A DNA stretch of 63,895 nucleotides, filler included, from Octopus bimaculoides (lineage: Eukaryota): NCBI RefSeq assembly GCF_001194135.2. It is 6 parts of 6 records of this genome, joined end to end, with 100 filler letters (N's around TTAATTAATTAA, not from the genome) between each part and the next. Parts side by side here need not be neighbours in the genome. Positions count along the whole stretch, not along the records: positions 36,403 to 55,490 come from NC_068988.1; 5 more parts are not named here. One strand, 5' to 3'. Below the pieces are notes generated by a model. It saw only the letters and a list, made by a program, of their open reading frames with translations, did no database searches and had not been told where the DNA came from. Below, piece by piece: positions 36,557 through 49,030 of this stretch. The position numbers and the translations under genes were made by a program. How positions within the stretch are numbered: position 1 is the first letter of the stretch; the number at the start of each line of letters is the position of its first letter.

Positions 36557-37087
36557 ATTTGTTTGTTTCAGTCATTTGACTGCGGCCATGCTAGAGCACT
36601 GTCTGGAAAGAATTTTAGTCGAACACATCGACCCCAGGGCAGCCTAGTACTTATTCTATCTCTCTCATTTGCCGAACTGCCAAGTTACAGGGACATAAAC
36701 ACACCAACACCGGTTGTCAAGCAATGCTAGGGGAGACAAGCACAGACACGCTCACACACTTCTTGAGCACGACCTCACGTTCGTTTTGTTTTCTTTCATT
36801 TTCTCTTTTTCTCTTTTTTTCTCTGTTTTTTAATTGTTTGTTCTTTGAATTGACTATATATAGGTATATATACTCACAAACACACACAAAGCCACAAACA
36901 GACAGAAATTGTCATTTATGTATATAGATATATAACAGGCTTCTTTCAGTTTCCGTTTGCTAAATCCATTCACCAGGCTTTGGTCGGACTGAGGCTATTG
37001 TAGAAGACACTTACCGAAGGTGCTACGCAGTGGGACTGAACTCGGAACCATGTGGCAGGGAAGCTAGCTTCTTACCACACAACCACG
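36557..37087 (-). mobile_element. SINE family A, full length with expanded middle
   Basis: Head, CORE-like block and hairpin tail all alignable to the 26447 copy. Confidence 0.88.
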
Positions 37088-37104
37088 TTATTTTTATTTA
37101 TTTT

Positions 37105-37568
37105 GCATGTGTAGGTGTGTGTCTTTGTGTATGTATTTGCCCACCTTCTCGCCTGACAACCGGTGTTGGTTTATTTACGTTCCCGTAATTTAGTGATTCG
37201 GCCATAGTGACTGATAGAACAAGTACCAACCATGCTGAATATAAAGTCCCGAGTGATAAGGCGGTGATCTGGTAGAATCGTTAGCAAGCCAAGCAAAATG
37301 TTTAGCGGCATTTCGCCCGTCAATACATTCTGAGTTCAAATTCGGCCGAGGTCGACTTTGCCCTTCATCCTTTCGGGTTCGATAAAATAAGTACGAGTTG
37401 AAGAATGGGGTCAATGTAACCGATTTACCCCCTCTCCCGAAATCGCTGGCCTTGTGCCAAAATTTAAAGTCAGTATATAGTACTGGCGTCGAATTTGTCC
37501 GACTAAAGCCTTTTAAAGCAGTGCTCCGACATGGCCGCAGCCCCACTGAAACGAGTAAAAGGATGAAA
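37105..37568 (+). mobile_element. SINE family A 3' half interrupted by a family B copy (37260-37470)
   Basis: Family A body 37140-37250, family B 37260-37470, and the family A tail resumes at 37470-37568. Confidence 0.75.
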
Positions 37569-37885
37569 AAAATATTCTTCATCTGCTAATATTTTCTGCC
37601 AGAGATTTAGAGATTTCTCCCATGAGATTCCAGATAAGATTTACGAGATTATGAACATAAACATCCAGTAACATGAAATGCCGAAGTAAGGTTTTCTTCT
37701 CAGCGAAATGTTTTAACGAGATATTTCTCTTATTTTATATTTACAAACTATACTTTTTGATATGAGAGGCTTGGGCGAAAGCTGGCTTTCACAGAATATC
37801 TAGGAGAACTAGGAAGAGATTGAATGAGAGATTCGGTGTTTTATTTACAAACAATCTCCATTGGGAGACGGAGCTGTTAGACTGA

Positions 37886-37944
<59 letters not shown>

Positions 37945-38104
37945 CCTATCTGTCTGTCTGTCTGTCTGTCGGTCTATATGGTAAGTGCTAATGCACGTAA
38001 CTCTCGCCCTTGAGTCACTATGCTGCTTCTGCTAAATAGCAGTACAAAAATATATATATACTCATGTTTTGAATTCTATTTTTCCTCTTTGCATCACCAA
38101 ATCT

Positions 38105-38106
38105 CC

Positions 38107-38176
<70 letters not shown>

Positions 38177-38231
38177 GTATCTGTTTGTCTACCTATCTTT
38201 CTATCTATCTGTCTATCTATCTGTCTATCTG

Positions 38232-38300
<69 letters not shown>
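38105..38300. repeat. (CTAT)n/(CTGT)n/(CT)n compound microsatellite
   Basis: Direct reading. Similar arrays at 10590-10855, 37888-37970, 47350-47500 and 52020-52354. Confidence 0.95.
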
Positions 38301-38302
<2 letters not shown>

Positions 38303-38711
38303 TTGCCCGGAATTGTTCCTCTTCGATTACTATCGCAAACAGCAGTAGCTTTCTTCAACCGAATACACGTCGTTGATTGGCTGAAATTACCCAAATACGA
38401 CAACTTTAACACGAAATAACTTCTAAAATATGAAATTTTGTCAAAAACGTTCAGAGTAAACCGTGTTCTACGTGAGAAATTCTACCAGTATTCGAAGTTT
38501 CAGACTGTTTAGTTAAAAAGAAAATTAATCAAAAAACTGTGATTGAGATGGAATAGATCCGATCGAAAATCTGAAATCATCTTCGAAACCGACGGAATTC
38601 CATTTTATGAATAATTGAGTTTTGTATTTTTCACCACCTTCAACCACACAACTACTCCTTCATTACCATTTTCTTCAACTTCAGGTTTATTCATTTATAT
38701 TTTATCGCTTA

Positions 38712-38900
38712 TTTTTTACTGGTTTCAGTCATTGGACTGCGGCCATGCTGGGGCACCACCTTGAAGGATTTTAGTCGAACGAATCGACTCCAGTGCTTAT
38801 TCTATCGGTATATTTTGCCGAAACGTTAATTTACGGGGACGAAGACACACCAACAGCGGTTGTGAAGCGGTGGGGTGGGAGGATAAATACTGACACAGAC
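38712..38900 (-). mobile_element. SINE family A 3' half
   Basis: Tail GTTTCAGTCATTGGACTGCGGCCATGCTGGGGCACC and body match other copies. Confidence 0.8.
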
Positions 38901-39494
38901 ACAGACACGCACACGCACATACATACACACACACATGTATGTATGTATTTAAGACTGTAAAATCTAGCTGGAGAGAGATTTAGTTGCTATTTCTAGCAAG
39001 CAAACCGACCACGTAGATTTTTGGATTCCACTTTGTGTCAAGGAGCATCCAGTGGTTTTACGTGAAAGCAACAAAAGAAAAAGTTGTTCAAAACAACCCA
39101 GATCATGGCACAATAACTACCAGCACGAATTTTTCATTGTTACAACCATATCGCATACCTGTCATTTCATTCAATTTACGTTCACCTCTTACCAAGTACA
39201 GGTAGTAATTAGATGCCACTTGAAGTATACACCCTCTTTTAAATTAAAGCAGAACATAAAAGAAAGTTTTGGCTAGACGAGGCTGTGTTATGTAATGTAG
39301 AACGACGGAGGTGATGATATAGGTGTCTGACATATTGAATAATTAATGAGGCAGATATAGTCGTCTGTATCGCAGAAGATGACCTCAATATACATATATA
39401 TACATATAGGCTTTTTCGGCCACACCACTTGACAAACAAGCCCATATTGTATCCATTTCACAAGTGTATGGCTCAGGTTTACTTACCTTAATTA

Positions 39495-39716
39495 AACCCT
39501 AGAACCCCTAAGGAGCATCGGCCATAAGACAACTTTTCTCCGCTCTTCTCATTTCTGGGCTGTCTTTTCCGCTTCTCTCCAGTTGGATCCCTGCCTCTTT
39601 GCAGCTTCCTTTCAGATTTTGTTGCACCCTGTCATTTGTATCTCTGAGGGAAGGCTTTGCTCTCTCAAGTGTTGTTGGTTTTGAATTGTCATAGACGCTT
39701 CTGTAACATTGGTTTT
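39495..39716 (-). mobile_element. RTE-clade LINE 3' end
   Basis: Reads ...NWREAEKTAQK*EERRKVV...LRGSRV*, a decayed RTE C-terminus. Confidence 0.55.
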
Positions 39717-40144
39717 TTTTTTTTTTTCTGGATACAGATGTTGGCCCTACACAAGCCCATTTTTATTCTTGGGAAGAAGTGGTCCCTACTATTCAGGCTT
39801 CTATCCTTTGACTTGTCCAGCACAGGAGGCTCTATCGTGAGTATGTACTCTGCTGGCATAGCGCTCAGGACTATTAAGGCAACACAAGTCACTTCACCAC
39901 AACAACGATTGAACCTTGTGGTAAAGGGTACATTTATAATTGAATGGCTATGATTATGAGATCCCAGGTTTGAACCCACTGCACATAGATTCGGATCAAC
40001 CAATATCTTGAAATGGAGTTTGGTAGACGGAAGACGAGAGTTGTGTAGAAGCCTTTTACCCGGAGTGCTAACGATTCTGCCACCTCGCCGCCTTTAAAAG
40101 CAATTAATAATAATACTAATGATTTCAAATGTTTACTACAAGGA

Positions 40145-40335
40145 CAGCTTGGGGGAGGTGGGGGTAGGTCGATTACATCATCGACCCCAGTGTTCAACTG
40201 GTACTTGCTTTATCGACCCCGAAAGGATGAAAGGCAAAGTCGACCTCGGCGGAATTTGAATCCAGAACGTAGCGACGGGCGAAATACCGCTAAACATTTC
40301 ATCCAGCGTGCTAATGATTCTGCCAGCTCGCCGCC
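40145..40335 (-). mobile_element. SINE family B
   Basis: Minus-strand head GGCGGCGAGCTGGCAGAATCATTAGC; core well conserved. Confidence 0.9.
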
Positions 40336-41129
40336 TTTAAAAGCAATCAATAATGATAATAATGATTATGATAATGACATCATCATCATCATCATCATCA
40401 TCATCGTCATTATTATTATTATTATTATTATTATTAAGTATTAATAATGGTATAGCAAAAAGGCAATACAACAGAGTATGTATGTTTTAATGGCTGCGAT
40501 GATATTAACTGTTTTAGTGAAAACGCAAGATGTGGAGTAAAGCCACTTGCCAAACAAGTACGACTGGAGAATTTATTTATTATGTGTCAACGAAAGCCAA
40601 ACAAACAACTCAGAGTAAATATTATGAGAACGTCTATTAGACGTAGTCAACAGAGAATTTCGATGAATTTTGCAGAAACCTGTAATTTTGCTGCTGATTA
40701 GCAGAACCGAAAAAACTTGATTCAAAGAACGAAGAAATGCAAACAAGGAGTTCTGATTAAAGTAGTTTCGTTGAAAATAAATACTGTGGATAAAACATTT
40801 ATAGGGCTACAACTAAATGGCACTTGACTCAAGTTTAGTTCTGTGATGATGGCACTGGTTAACGATCATCCTGGGCGTCAGATGCCTTCGTAAACTATGG
40901 ACCAACAATTTAATTGCTATGTCTTTTATTTGTACTTGTATTTGTATTAGTGGTGGCATTCGCTTGAGGTGGTTTAAGCTGGCTCCGACCAACGAGTTCC
41001 CCACGTCCCTGACGAAAGCTGACAACATCTGACGCCACTAGGCAAAGCAATGCTTCTGCCTACAGCCCCCAAAATCCAGCTTGCAAATACGGCAAATGCC
41101 TCACTGAGAGAGCAAACGCGTCGGATAGT

Positions 41130-41835
41130 TCGGACGCCGTAGTCGTAGTCGTTATTCGCTGTTGAGGTGTGAAGTTCATGCTGTTTATTTGTCTTTTTAT
41201 AAATTTCATATTGCGCTAAGGATTCATTTAAACTCCTCTTTATAAAGTCACTCAATTTTCAGGCAAAGGTAACTGCGTAATACTCCTCAGTATGTCATTA
41301 GCATCGTTTTAGAACGCCAGTTTTTATTATCTTCACAACACACTGCGATTCGTCTTCAGTCTTCTCTTCCTTCTCTCTTCAAATGTCCAAGTGTTCTACC
41401 GACTCTGCTGTTTCTTCAGAAGAAAGGCCTTTATCTTCTCTTTTTCTATCAACGATCAATTTTCAAGATGTCACCTTCCGTAACCTTATCAAATTTTCCC
41501 TCTCCTGAAAACTCCGAGACATCTTGTATGCGTGGCACTCTCTTCTGTTGATCTAAATTCTTCAGAATCGTTCATTGACTCGTATAGAACTTCTTTCCAA
41601 ACTGCATTTAAGTAGTTTATAGAGAAAACGCCAATAAAATAGACAACATTTTTATATGCTGAATGACTACCAATAATTTTTAGCAGTCATATCAGTATTT
41701 GTGTCAAAGACATTGATCATTTTCTTAAAGTATTTCAAAAGACAGAACAACTGGAACGTTTGTTTTGCCTTGGTGCATCAGCTGAAGAACAGATGTGTTT
41801 GACTGAACTTTATTGAGGTTTGCAAGGCTGAAACA
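41130..41835 (-). mobile_element. Tigger/pogo-like transposase remnant
   Basis: NTSVLQLMHQG (compare NTTSxxQPMDQG), LNAVWK, an acidic tract EEKTEDESQ, and SDFIKRSLNESLAQYEIYKK. Many frameshifts. Confidence 0.6.
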
Positions 41836-41879
41836 TAAAAAGATAACAGATAAAAAAAAAATTAATTAATCAGTCCTGA

Positions 41880-41987
41880 AGGGCAAAGTCGAACCGGGCG
41901 GAATTTGAACTCAGAGCATAAAGACGGACGAAATGCCGCTAAACATTTTGCTCGACTTGCTAACGATTTAGCCAGCTCTTCGCCTTC
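41880..41987 (-). mobile_element. SINE family B 5' fragment
   Basis: GGCGGAATTTGAACTCAGA...GCTAACGATT on the plus strand. Confidence 0.75.
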
Positions 41988-42659
41988 CGTTGTATATCAT
42001 ACATATTGTTAGGTAATTGTCCCTGTAATATATATGCCAATGAGATCAAATTTCAAATCCATAATAAAAATTATTTTTAAATATTGTTACCCTAGCTTCC
42101 TGTTCTCTTTCTTTCTCTCCACCCCCACCCCGCCTTCATTTTACTTTCTCTCCCTCCCTTCCATTCTCTTTCTTTCTCAGTCGTTCGTCTAAATATCGTT
42201 ATTCAGACAATTGTGGTTGACAATATGAAAAAAAGGTCATACCGAATATTGCAGAATAATATATTTTGATTTTTTGCAGTTTCTATTATCACTGAACTGC
42301 CATCAAGACTATTGGCGTTGCAAGCAGGATGTACAAACATGAAATGACTGTTGTTGGTCGTTATAGTTTAACACCCACTGAAAATGTCAGGGTTTTTCTT
42401 TTTTTTTTTTTCTTTCTGTCTAATATTTCCAACACTCTCTAACTAATAAAATACAATTTATTTCATGACATAACAATGTCTTTGAGATTGGCAACATGGA
42501 AATGTCACAGGGGTAATTTTAACCAATTTCACTAAATTCGTCCTATTTTACATAATAGTTCTGTCAAGCCATAGGTTTTCCCATGACAACGTGTTCTCTT
42601 ACGTATGTGTGTATATATATATATATATATATGTATGTATATATTTTAAAAAACTTAGA

Positions 42660-43140
42660 TAGGTTTCGACCAAAGATTGGTCCAGGCCATGTCTAACTTA
42701 ACAGCACCACCTGATAGGATTATCTAAATCCTTTTTAAGTCAAGTTTTGTGGTATCATGGTCCATTCGAGCAGGGAGTTCTTGTTGAGTGAGTTGTATCC
42801 AGGTATAGATGGCTTTTGAAGAAATTTATCCAGATTCCGTTTAAAGGTGGTGGGATCGTTTTCCTCTTCGATCTGTTTCGGGACAATGTTAAATAGGGCA
42901 GGGCCTGTTGAGGAAAAGAAATTGTGTTACAGTGTATTTATGTGTTGTGATTCTGAATTGGGTAGGGAGACATATGGCCCGTGATCCTAGCTTTGGATGA
43001 ATTTTGAAGTTAATGCTGAGATTGTTTGGGCAATGCTGGTGCAAATGATGTATCACTCACGGCGGCGCTGGAGAGAGTAGAGTTTCAATGCTTTAAGGCG
43101 ATCCCAGTAATCGTTCCATTGATTTCGAAGCTTGAGGAAC
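42660..43140 (-). mobile_element. Second CR1-group LINE 3' end
   Basis: Reads DYWDRLKALKLYSLQRRRE*YII...GPALFNIVP...FKRNLDKFLQ...PGYNSLNKNSLLEW, with a hairpin tail at 42663-42692. Confidence 0.85.
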
Positions 43141-43861
43141 TAAGTTTTTTTGTTTGTTCATTTTGCTTTGTTTATTTGCTCTTATATTTTTTATGTATGT
43201 CTTTTATGAGACGATTTACAGACGAGTCCAGAGATTGTACATCGACAGATAATTAAACAAAAAAGGGCGCACAGACAGACACACACACACATATAAAAGA
43301 AGTATAAAGAAAGGAAAAAAGTGTAAGTGTAGACGATTTCTAATTCAATTCAAATCCAGGTTGGTACAGAACCAATATACATTCTACAAATTGTTTCGGA
43401 GTCTAATTAATTCGAATGACAAAGACGGAAATCTCTTAATGAAATAAAAATTAAATTCTTCGTCAGGAATTACAAACTGGTATGAACGATTACGACCAAC
43501 AAAAATATACAAAAACCTTTCATAGCCCAGACGGGAACAAATATATACACACATATACGTGTGTGTGAAAAATACCGACAAAAGTTTGAAAATGCTTAAA
43601 TTAAAGATTGGCAACTTTATCCCACCTTATAAGGGTAAAAGACGCAATTATTCTCTGTTGTTCGCACATCTGCNNNNNNNNNNNNNNNNNNNNNNNNNNN
43701 NNNNNNNNNNNNNNNNNNNNNNNNNNNNNNNNNNNNNNNNNNNNNNNNNNNNNNNNNNNNNNNNNNNNNNNNNNNNNNNNNNNNNNNNNNNNNNNNNNNN
43801 NNNNNNNNNNNNNNNNNNNNNNNNNNNNNNNNNNNNNNNNNNNNNNNNNNNNNNNNNNNNN

Positions 43862-44042
43862 CTTTTATATGTTTCAGTAATTAGACTTCGGCCATGCTGG
43901 AGCAGCGGCTTCAATCGAACAAATCGACCCCAGGACTTATTCTTTGTAAACTTAGTACTTATTCTATCGGTCTCTTTTGTCGAACCGCTAAGTCACGGGG
44001 ACGTAAACACACCGACATTGGTTGTCAAGCGATGGTGGTGGG

Positions 44043-44080
<38 letters not shown>

Positions 44081-44258
44081 TTGTGTGTGTGCGTATTTGT
44101 ACGACGGCTTCTTTTCAGTTTCCGTCTACCAAATCCACTCACAAGGTTCTGGTCACCCCGAGGCTATAGTAGAAGACAGTTACCCAAGGTGCCACGCAGT
44201 GGGATTGAAACCGAAGCCATGTAGTTAGAAGCAAGCTTCTTACCACACAGCCACGCCT
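43862..44258 (-). mobile_element. SINE family A, near full length
   Basis: Co-linear with the 26447 copy. Confidence 0.9.
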
Positions 44259-44776
44259 ATATATTCCCTTATTCTCCCTTCGCACATCCATTTTCCTCAT
44301 TACTACTCTTTTCTTTACTTTCTCCTCTCTCTCTCTCTTTATCTTTCTGTTCTCCATATTTCTCTAAACATTTTATTCTCTAATTTTATTTTAAATTTTC
44401 GCTTCTTGCCTATTCCACCATCCTGACCTATATTTGTCGCCATGACCTCTTTAGGAACTTCGCCATATTGACTCTACGAACTAATCACCACCACCACCAC
44501 CACCATTATCTCCGTCTCACCACCCACGTATAACATATATATTAACCTCAACAGTGATTCACAGGGAATTATAATGTCACCGATTTCAAAATTCAGTCAG
44601 TTTCGAGATTTATTCACGACTCCTCCTATCTGGCTGGGAGCCAAATAAGTTGCAGCTCGACCTGCTAGAAATAGCTGGTAAATCTCCAATAAATTACATC
44701 ATAGAGCCTTTAAAAGAAAGGACACATGTAATAATGTAGTCCTAGGTTGACGGTGCCAGCGTAAAAACCAAAAAAA

Positions 44777-45225
44777 ACTCTTTGGCATTCAAAGCGGCCT
44801 TTTCAGGCCCAAGCATTCTATCTGTGTTGTGATCAAACTAAGCAAATTCTGGCCTCTCACACTTACCCTGCAAGGTCATTTTAAAAATAAACAAACGCAT
44901 CATCAAAATCTCGAAGCTGCAAGATAACGTGTGATTAATTCAAAATAATGTGAATACAGGGTTGGCCAAAAGTCACCTGACAGTAAATCAAAACCCATTT
45001 AATTCCAAGATTAAAACAAAAAATTATTTTATATGAGACTTTGCTAATAAATAGACAAATGTTGAAAAAAAAGTGGTGATTTTAACTCACACCATTCGAT
45101 TATTAAACATTCGTAATTGGAATGAATAAATAAAATTGAATATTAAGTATTTATGAAATTTTGATTTGCTATCAGGTGACTTTTTGCCAACATTTGACAG
45201 AATAATCTGAATGCTAAAAGGTTAA
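44777..45225. mobile_element. piggyBac-like MITE interrupted by a Tc1-like MITE
   Basis: Left AACTCTTTGGCATTCAAA versus right TCTGAATGCTAAAAGG-TTAA (inverted). Confidence 0.55.
44957..45191. mobile_element. Tc1/mariner-like MITE
   Basis: TA|CAGGGTTGGCCAAAAGTCACCTGACAGTAAATCAAAA versus inverted TTTTGATTTGCTATCAGGTGACTTTTTGCCAAC. The outermost bases of the right TIR are missing. Confidence 0.8.
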
Positions 45226-45265
45226 AATATCCAGTTAAAGACATTTTATTTTAATTTCCCAATAG

Positions 45266-45478
45266 GACAGCGAACTGGCAGAACCGTTAGGACATCGGAC
45301 AAAATGCTTAGCGGCATTTCTTCTGACTCTTTACGTTCTAAGGTCAAATATCGTCGAGGTCAAATCTGCCTTTCATCTCTTCGAAGTCGATAAAATAAGT
45401 ACCAGTTGAAGAGTGGGATCAATGCAGTTGACTTAACCCAACCCTAAAATCGCTAGCTTTTACCAAAATTTGAAAGCA
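45266..45478 (+). mobile_element. SINE family B
   Basis: Head CTGGCAGAACCGTTAG and core TTTCATCTCTTCGAAGTCGATAAAATAAGTACCAG. Confidence 0.8.
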
Positions 45479-45741
45479 AACGCCTAGTTTAGAGTAGAGG
45501 CAGCTGATGAAGGAAAAGTTCCATAAGTGGCTCGTCTGTTTTCCTATATGTTCGTTCTGTTGTCTGTAAAAAAAAGTCCGTTTTTGTGCTTTATGTTCCC
45601 GTTCCTTTTTCTGACGTCCTGTACCCGGATATGCATCTATATATACATGTAGACGTAGGTATGTATATATATGTATGTATACATCCATATGCTCATATAT
45701 CATTTGTATTATTATACAAACGCAATGATTGATTTGACGAG

Positions 45742-46139
45742 CAAACTTGGGCATCAAACCGTTATTCGTTAATTAACGAAGTAAACAATTTCGTTAACGA
45801 TTTAATTTTTAAGTTAACTTTGGAAATCATTATCGGACTAATTAACTTCCGTTACATTTAACTTCCGTTAACTCAAATCAAATTTAGTTAACTTCCGTTA
45901 ACTTCAATTCGATTGAAGTTTAACAGATTTTATAGTTTTGGCACTTTTTAAAGGTAGTTTTTGGTAGTTTTAGAGCAAAAACTAATTTTTTTTCCGTAAT
46001 AAAAATTAACGTTAACGGTCTATCGATAACTTTCGTTACATTTAAAAATTAACTGATTGACGGTATTCGAAGTTAACTTTTTGGTTAACGGATTAAGGGT
46101 TAACGAAGTTAAGTTTTCGATTAACGGTGCCCACCTTTG
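45742..46139. mobile_element. hAT-like MITE rich in GTTAAC/TTAACG motifs
   Basis: Termini CAAACTTGGGCA..CCGTTATTCG versus CGATTAACGGTGCCCACCTTTG (inverted). No TSD visible. Confidence 0.6.
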
Positions 46140-46524
46140 ACTATTTCCCCTTCCTTTATCTTGGTGTGGCTGTGGATCGTTTTTCAAAAGAAATTAATAC
46201 CGAAATTCAAGAGATGATATTGAAATAAAACCTCAACTATGAACCGAATGTGATTACGCCGCGACTCCAAACGAAAACGCTGAGGATTTGGTCTGATGAC
46301 TTGTTAAGTGACCCGATAAATGGGTCGTTTAGAATTTGGCAGGAAACTGGGGGAAGTACTTTGGTAGGTACCAAACCTTCCGTGAAACGGGATCTACAGG
46401 AAGTGTGCTTGGATTACTCTTTGGTATAATGGTCAAGGAAGTGGGTGGAACATAAAGTCATGAAGTGTAGGGTCAGGGTCGGTGAGGGGAAGACGTGAGA
46501 CGGGGAATTTGACAGTGAATAGTG

Positions 46525-46654
46525 TGTATGTGTGTGTGCATGTTGATATATGTTTGTGTGTGTGCGTTTTAGCATGTTGATATATTTGTGTATGTGTGTG
46601 CATGTTGATATATCTTTGTGTGTGCTTGTATGTGTGTGTGTACATGTTGATATA

Positions 46655-46660
<6 letters not shown>
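46525..46660. repeat. TG-based minisatellite with CATGTTGATATAT core (4 copies)
   Basis: Direct reading. Confidence 0.8.
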
Positions 46661-46696
<36 letters not shown>

Positions 46697-47610
46697 NNNN
46701 NNNNNNTGTGTGTGTATGAGCGGTGGTCCGCCCTGAGCGATGCTTTTATAGGGGTAGCATTTATGAGTCTGCTGTGTCAGTCCGTATTAGATCCAAAACT
46801 TGGTGGGGCAGTGCAAACTCAAAGGCTACTTCGAACGGCACACACACACAAGCTACGCCATTGAAAATGAGTGCATATTTCGCCAGTTTTTAGCGCAGGG
46901 TTCAACTTTTACTGACACCATCATAGCTGTTTTCTTTGGTATCCTCTCTATCAGCTTGACCTAGCCACGCTCTCAACCTCTGAAGACAAGCCACGTGACT
47001 ACCTACACTACATTTCACGTATCTGCTGAAGATAAGCTCTAGAGAATCGACAAATCTCATCCACACTATAAAAGGCTGGCATTTTATCCAGGAGTAGTTA
47101 CGTTTTTGTTTGTTTACCTATATTTGGACAGAGAGCTAAGCACCGTCATTTTGAATCTCTAAGTTCAGTTTTATGTAGAGACAATGATAGCATGATGGCC
47201 TTTTGTTTGAAAGGTGTCTGCGTTGGTGTGTCGATCTTGTTTTGTCTAGTTTTGTATCGTGACAACTAAATGTGGCTGGGAATGGAGGGATTGAAAACAT
47301 CGTCTGCTTCCCATTTTGTCCTTTCTTCTTTCTCACTGATTCTTTCATCTTTCCAACTTTCTCTCTCTCTCTCTCTCTCTCTTTTCCCGCTCTCTCTCTC
47401 TCTTTTCCCGCTCTCTCTCTCTCTCTCTCTCTCTCTCCCCGCTTTCTTTCTCCTTCCCTCTCTCTCTCTTCCTCACTCTGTCTTTCTCTCTCATTCTCTC
47501 TCTTTGTCTTACTCTCTAATTATATTATTTGTTTAGTCGCCAACTGCTGTAGTTCTCTATCAAGTTAGTTCGCTAGCAAGTGTTAGATAGAGATACATAC
47601 ATATGCACGA

Positions 47611-47665
<55 letters not shown>

Positions 47666-48251
47666 CACATGCACACATACATGCATACATACATACATAA
47701 CATGCATACATAACATATATACGTAACATACATACGTAACACCTCTTCACACATAGGCACCAGTCTGCAACAAGTAAAAATGAAGGTTAAAAGCCTCGTA
47801 GACAACATTGATGTTAGCATAAGGAATAGAGTGCTAACAGGAGAGTAGTTATGGAGGAAAGGTCAATAGTTGGGTGCGACATACAAAATATTCATAGCGA
47901 TATATAATGATGTACAACATAACCATTGGGAAGAAGACACATTTTAGGTGTTCTGTGCATTTTAAATTGTGCATACGACATTTGGTCGAGTTCACCGTTT
48001 GTAATTTGTTAATTTGTAGAATAAATACTAGATGGAAATGGGTGTTAAGTATTTAAATAACGGGTTTGGTGCAGATATTAACTTAAAGTTGTGGTGACGG
48101 TGGTGATGGTGGTGGTGGTTGTGTTGGTAGTAGTACTTGGGGTGAAGGTAGTGCAGGTGATGGTACCTCTGTATATATTCTCCTTTATCTGACTTCTTCC
48201 ACTGTCTTTGATTTAAAACTTAAAATTCTTTCCATTTATTTATTTTATAAT

Positions 48252-48563
48252 TGGCATTCCGTTGGTGATGGCGGCGAGTGTTTCAGCTGATCCGATCAAT
48301 AGAAGAGCCTGCTCGTGAAATTAACGTGCAAATGACTGAGCACTCCACAGACACTCGTACCCTTGGGGTATTCAGCATGACACAGAATGAGACAAGGCTT
48401 GGGCCTTTTGAATTATAGGTGCAGCGCATTTTTACCAGCTTAGTGGACTGGAGCAACGTGAAATAAATTTGTCTTGCTCGAGGACACACAGCTCCCCCTA
48501 GTATCGAACTCACGACCTTATGATTGTGAGCCGAAAACCCTAACCACTAAGTCACGTGCCTTC
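48252..48563 (-). mobile_element. SINE family D, full length
   Basis: Minus-strand head GTGAAGGCACGTGACTTAGTGGTTAGGG...GAGTTCGATAC and CORE-like GTGTCCTCGAGCAAGAC. Confidence 0.85.
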
Positions 48564-48581
48564 ACTGTTTATTTCTATATA

Positions 48582-48845
48582 GGTGCTAGCATGGTTGTTT
48601 GGTTAACATGCACGCTTTGCAACTTCAGGGTTTCGGGTTCAAACCGACTAGGTGATATACTAAGCAGATATCTTCTACAGTAGCCCAGAACTGACCGATG
48701 CTTTGTGGGTGGATTTGGTAGACGGAAACTGTGCGGAAGACCAGTGTGTGTGGAGATATGACGAAATAGTGAGCCTGAAAATAAATAAGCATTAGCTCTA
48801 ATGGCATTACTCCAACATGGCCACAGCTTCTTGCTGAAACCGTTA
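48582..48845 (+). mobile_element. SINE family A variant with internal deletion
   Basis: Head, GTGGATTTGGTAGACGGAAACTG block, and tail CATGGCCACAGCTTCTTGCTGAAAC. Confidence 0.75.
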
Positions 48846-48983
48846 GTAGAATATCCGTAGATACGTGTGTGTATATGCGTGTATGTGTATATGTGTGTGT
48901 ATATGTGCGTGTGTATGTGTGTGTGCATATGTGTGTGTAAGCGTGTGTATGCGTATGTGTGCGTATGTGTGTGTCCGTGTTTA

Positions 48984-49030
<47 letters not shown>

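Noticed and set aside
46229-46428. 66-codon open frame with a GTAGGT donor
   Set aside because: No acceptor or start and no recognisable motif.
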